A stretch of DNA of 32,000 bases from assembly GCA_002794465.1 (NCBI GenBank), contig MTSL01000167.1, forward strand, positions 2,368-34,367, read 5' to 3'. The notes beneath the pieces are model-generated. The model was not told where the DNA came from. It was given only the letters and a program-made list of their open reading frames with translations, and did no database searches. Positions 30,305 through 32,000 of the stretch are shown piece after piece. Position numbers and translations under genes: made by a program. How positions within the stretch are numbered: position 1 is the first letter of the stretch; the number at the start of each line of letters is the position of its first letter. Origin of the DNA: Paramicrosporidium saccamoebae KSL3 (taxonomy: Eukaryota; Fungi; Cryptomycota).

Positions 30305-30808
30305 GTGGGATGGGGAATAAGGTTCCGAGTCACTGTAACGGACTTGCAAACCAAAGATGGTCTAATTAAAGAGGAAATACTAATGCCCGCTCATAACAAG
30401 ACCCTCTTCCAAATATGGAATATTGCACTTCAAAGTCATCAATCAATGGCAATGGGGGTGGTGATAACCGGCGAGTCTATGCTTATAGTAAAGACTCATT
30501 ATCTCTTTTTCGTAGATATTATCCCTGCTCCATCGAGGTGTTATCGCTGTCCCATAGAGACATTATCTCACAATAGATCCTGTTAAATAGTATCCGCTTA
30601 TGATTGGTAATCCCGATATTAATGCTATCCCACAATTCGCCGCATTAGTCTATATAGGCGCCTTTAATGAGAAATACTCGCTTATCAACGAGACCTTTAT
30701 TTCGGTCCCGCATTCTATGGTTCAAAGGGCTGTATTTTCTCTCAGAAATCTCTTTATTCTGGGTCCGTTTATATGATATACTCTCCCCCGACAGTCAATT
30801 ACTTCAAA

Positions 30809-31978
30809 CTATTGGCGTAGTTGGATCCTGAAATATTCTTGCAGTCTATTTGCACGCACACTGACTTTTTGGTCCCATTCTTTACGCCGCTCGCCGTCAC
30901 GACGCTGATCTATGATGTATTTGCGTTCTGCTGCTGGCTGCATCATTCCAGCCGCGAGATAGTGATCTGACATTCTTGAGATGAGGGCCTGGTGTTCACT
31001 TCGTCGCGAGGGCCGCTCGTCCCGCTCTACGGGCAAGTTTTGCTTGTAATATTTTCTGTAAGCCCGGTTTCCAAGTCGTTTCCCGGAGGGTAGAATGAGT
31101 TCAGTCTCGTCAGGTGAAATCACCAGGGCACTCTCAAACTCTCCTTCGTCATCAACGTCGACAAACTCATCATCGCCGTCGTCGCTGAGAATCTCTTCAT
31201 AATTGTAAAAATCTGCCAGTTCTTGCATTCCTTCGTCATCAAAGCGGATTTTCAAGTGCCCCTTGTCCAGCATATGCCTACGGACTGATTCGATGCTAGT
31301 GAAAGGCTGCACTGAGGCGTTGCAGTATAGACAGCAAAATGCAACAGAAACCTTGTCAGCCAAATATGAAATCATTCCAGGCAAGTCTTCCACAAACTCC
31401 AAATCTGGAACGTACAGACCATGGTCCTTTACCATATGTTCCATGTTGTCGTTGAATGACTCGAAACTGTGGTTACAAAAAATACACTCTTCTGGCTTCA
31501 GCCTACGTGCCATACTAAGCTTAGACTCTAGAGCTTCGCGTATCTGTTCTTCAGTAGCATCTTGATCGAGGTAGCTGTCTTTGTTTAACTCTGGATTTGC
31601 TTTGGCCTTGGGCTTGATAACCAACTTGGGCTCGCCCAGACCAACAGTCTCATTTTCCAAATGTTTCTTGGACTTTAGATGATTTGCATAAGAATTTTCT
31701 GACGCAAAGGATTTTCGACAGGCCTGACACTCCATTTTCAAGCCTTCAGGCTTGGGAGCCTTTTCATCAGGGTTCAAAAACGCGTATAGTCGCTGGCCAA
31801 AAATAGCCTCTGTCACAGGTGGGAGCTCAGAAACTTTTCGACGCAGGTTGTAGCGATGCCAATCAGACTGGTAGTGTGTCCTCTGTGCATCTCCACTCTC
31901 AAAGATGGCGTGGCAGCTCGCACAAGTGAAAGCCGGCCTTCCAGTAGTGAAACTTTGCTTTAGGTCTACTAAGGTCAT
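30809..31978 (-). CDS. REI1: Cytoplasmic 60S maturation factor Rei1/ZNF622 (C2H2 zinc fingers)
   Basis: 389 aa. FTCASC....AQRTHYQSDWHRYNLRRKVSELPPV, CQACRKSF.S.NSY.NHLKSKKH, CIFC..NMEHM..HGL, CLYCN, VRRHMLDKGH, LPSGKRLGNRAYRKYYKQ. Confidence 0.93.
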   Translation of the reverse strand: MTLVDLKQSFTTGRPAFTCASCHAIFESGDAQRTHYQSDWHRYNLRRKVSELPPVTEAIFGQRLYAFLNPDEKAPKPEGLKMECQACRKSFASENSYANHLKSKKHLENETVGLGEPKLVIKPKAKANPELNKDSYLDQDATEEQIREALESKLSMARRLKPEECIFCNHSFESFNDNMEHMVKDHGLYVPDLEFVEDLPGMISYLADKVSVAFCCLYCNASVQPFTSIESVRRHMLDKGHLKIRFDDEGMQELADFYNYEEILSDDGDDEFVDVDDEGEFESALVISPDETELILPSGKRLGNRAYRKYYKQNLPVERDERPSRRSEHQALISRMSDHYLAAGMMQPAAERKYIIDQRRDGERRKEWDQKVSVRANRLQEYFRIQLRQ

Positions 31979-32000
31979 CCAAGAAACTCCACACCCCGGC

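Noticed and set aside
30655-30690. gcgcctttaatgagaaat resembling U5 snRNA loop I
   Set aside because: Does not match the invariant GCCUUUUAC loop, and I saw no convincing stem or Sm site.

Overview
Very compact eukaryotic (fungal-grade) genomic DNA, not prokaryotic. I reconstruct 22 protein-coding genes (about one per 1.4 kb) interrupted by about 30 tiny spliceosomal introns of 28-36 nt. The supplied ORF track ignores these introns, so most of its ORFs are exon fragments or antisense shadows. Order: RasGEF(-), Rid1-type RidA/YjgF(-), alanine aminotransferase(+), proteasome beta4(+), SPKK-rich histone H1(-), AK3-type adenylate kinase(-), SKIP/Prp45(+), glycogen branching enzyme(-), glycogen debranching enzyme(+), orphan tail-anchored protein(-), BMT5-like(-), MPC1(+), SAM carrier(+), CRAL-TRIO protein(+), TTI1(-), orphan secreted protein(+), RPS10(-), mL53(-), Est1/SMG7-like(-), neutral trehalase(-), glycogenin(-), Rei1(-). 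Tiny introns, tiny intergenic gaps and a retained mitoribosome/pyruvate carrier suggest an early-diverging Rozellomycota/microsporidia-relative (inference only). Highlights: (1) glycogen branching and debranching genes head-to-head 74 nt apart, with glycogenin and trehalase adjacent to each other in the same window; (2) a length-constrained intron system whose 5' splice sites mostly lack +5G, including a probable GT-TG and a probable GC-AG intron; (3) a bacterial-type Rid1 gene head-to-head with a PLP aminotransferase; (4) a linker histone with an SPKK-repeat tail. All gene models and family calls are by eye; none are backed by RNA data or database searches.
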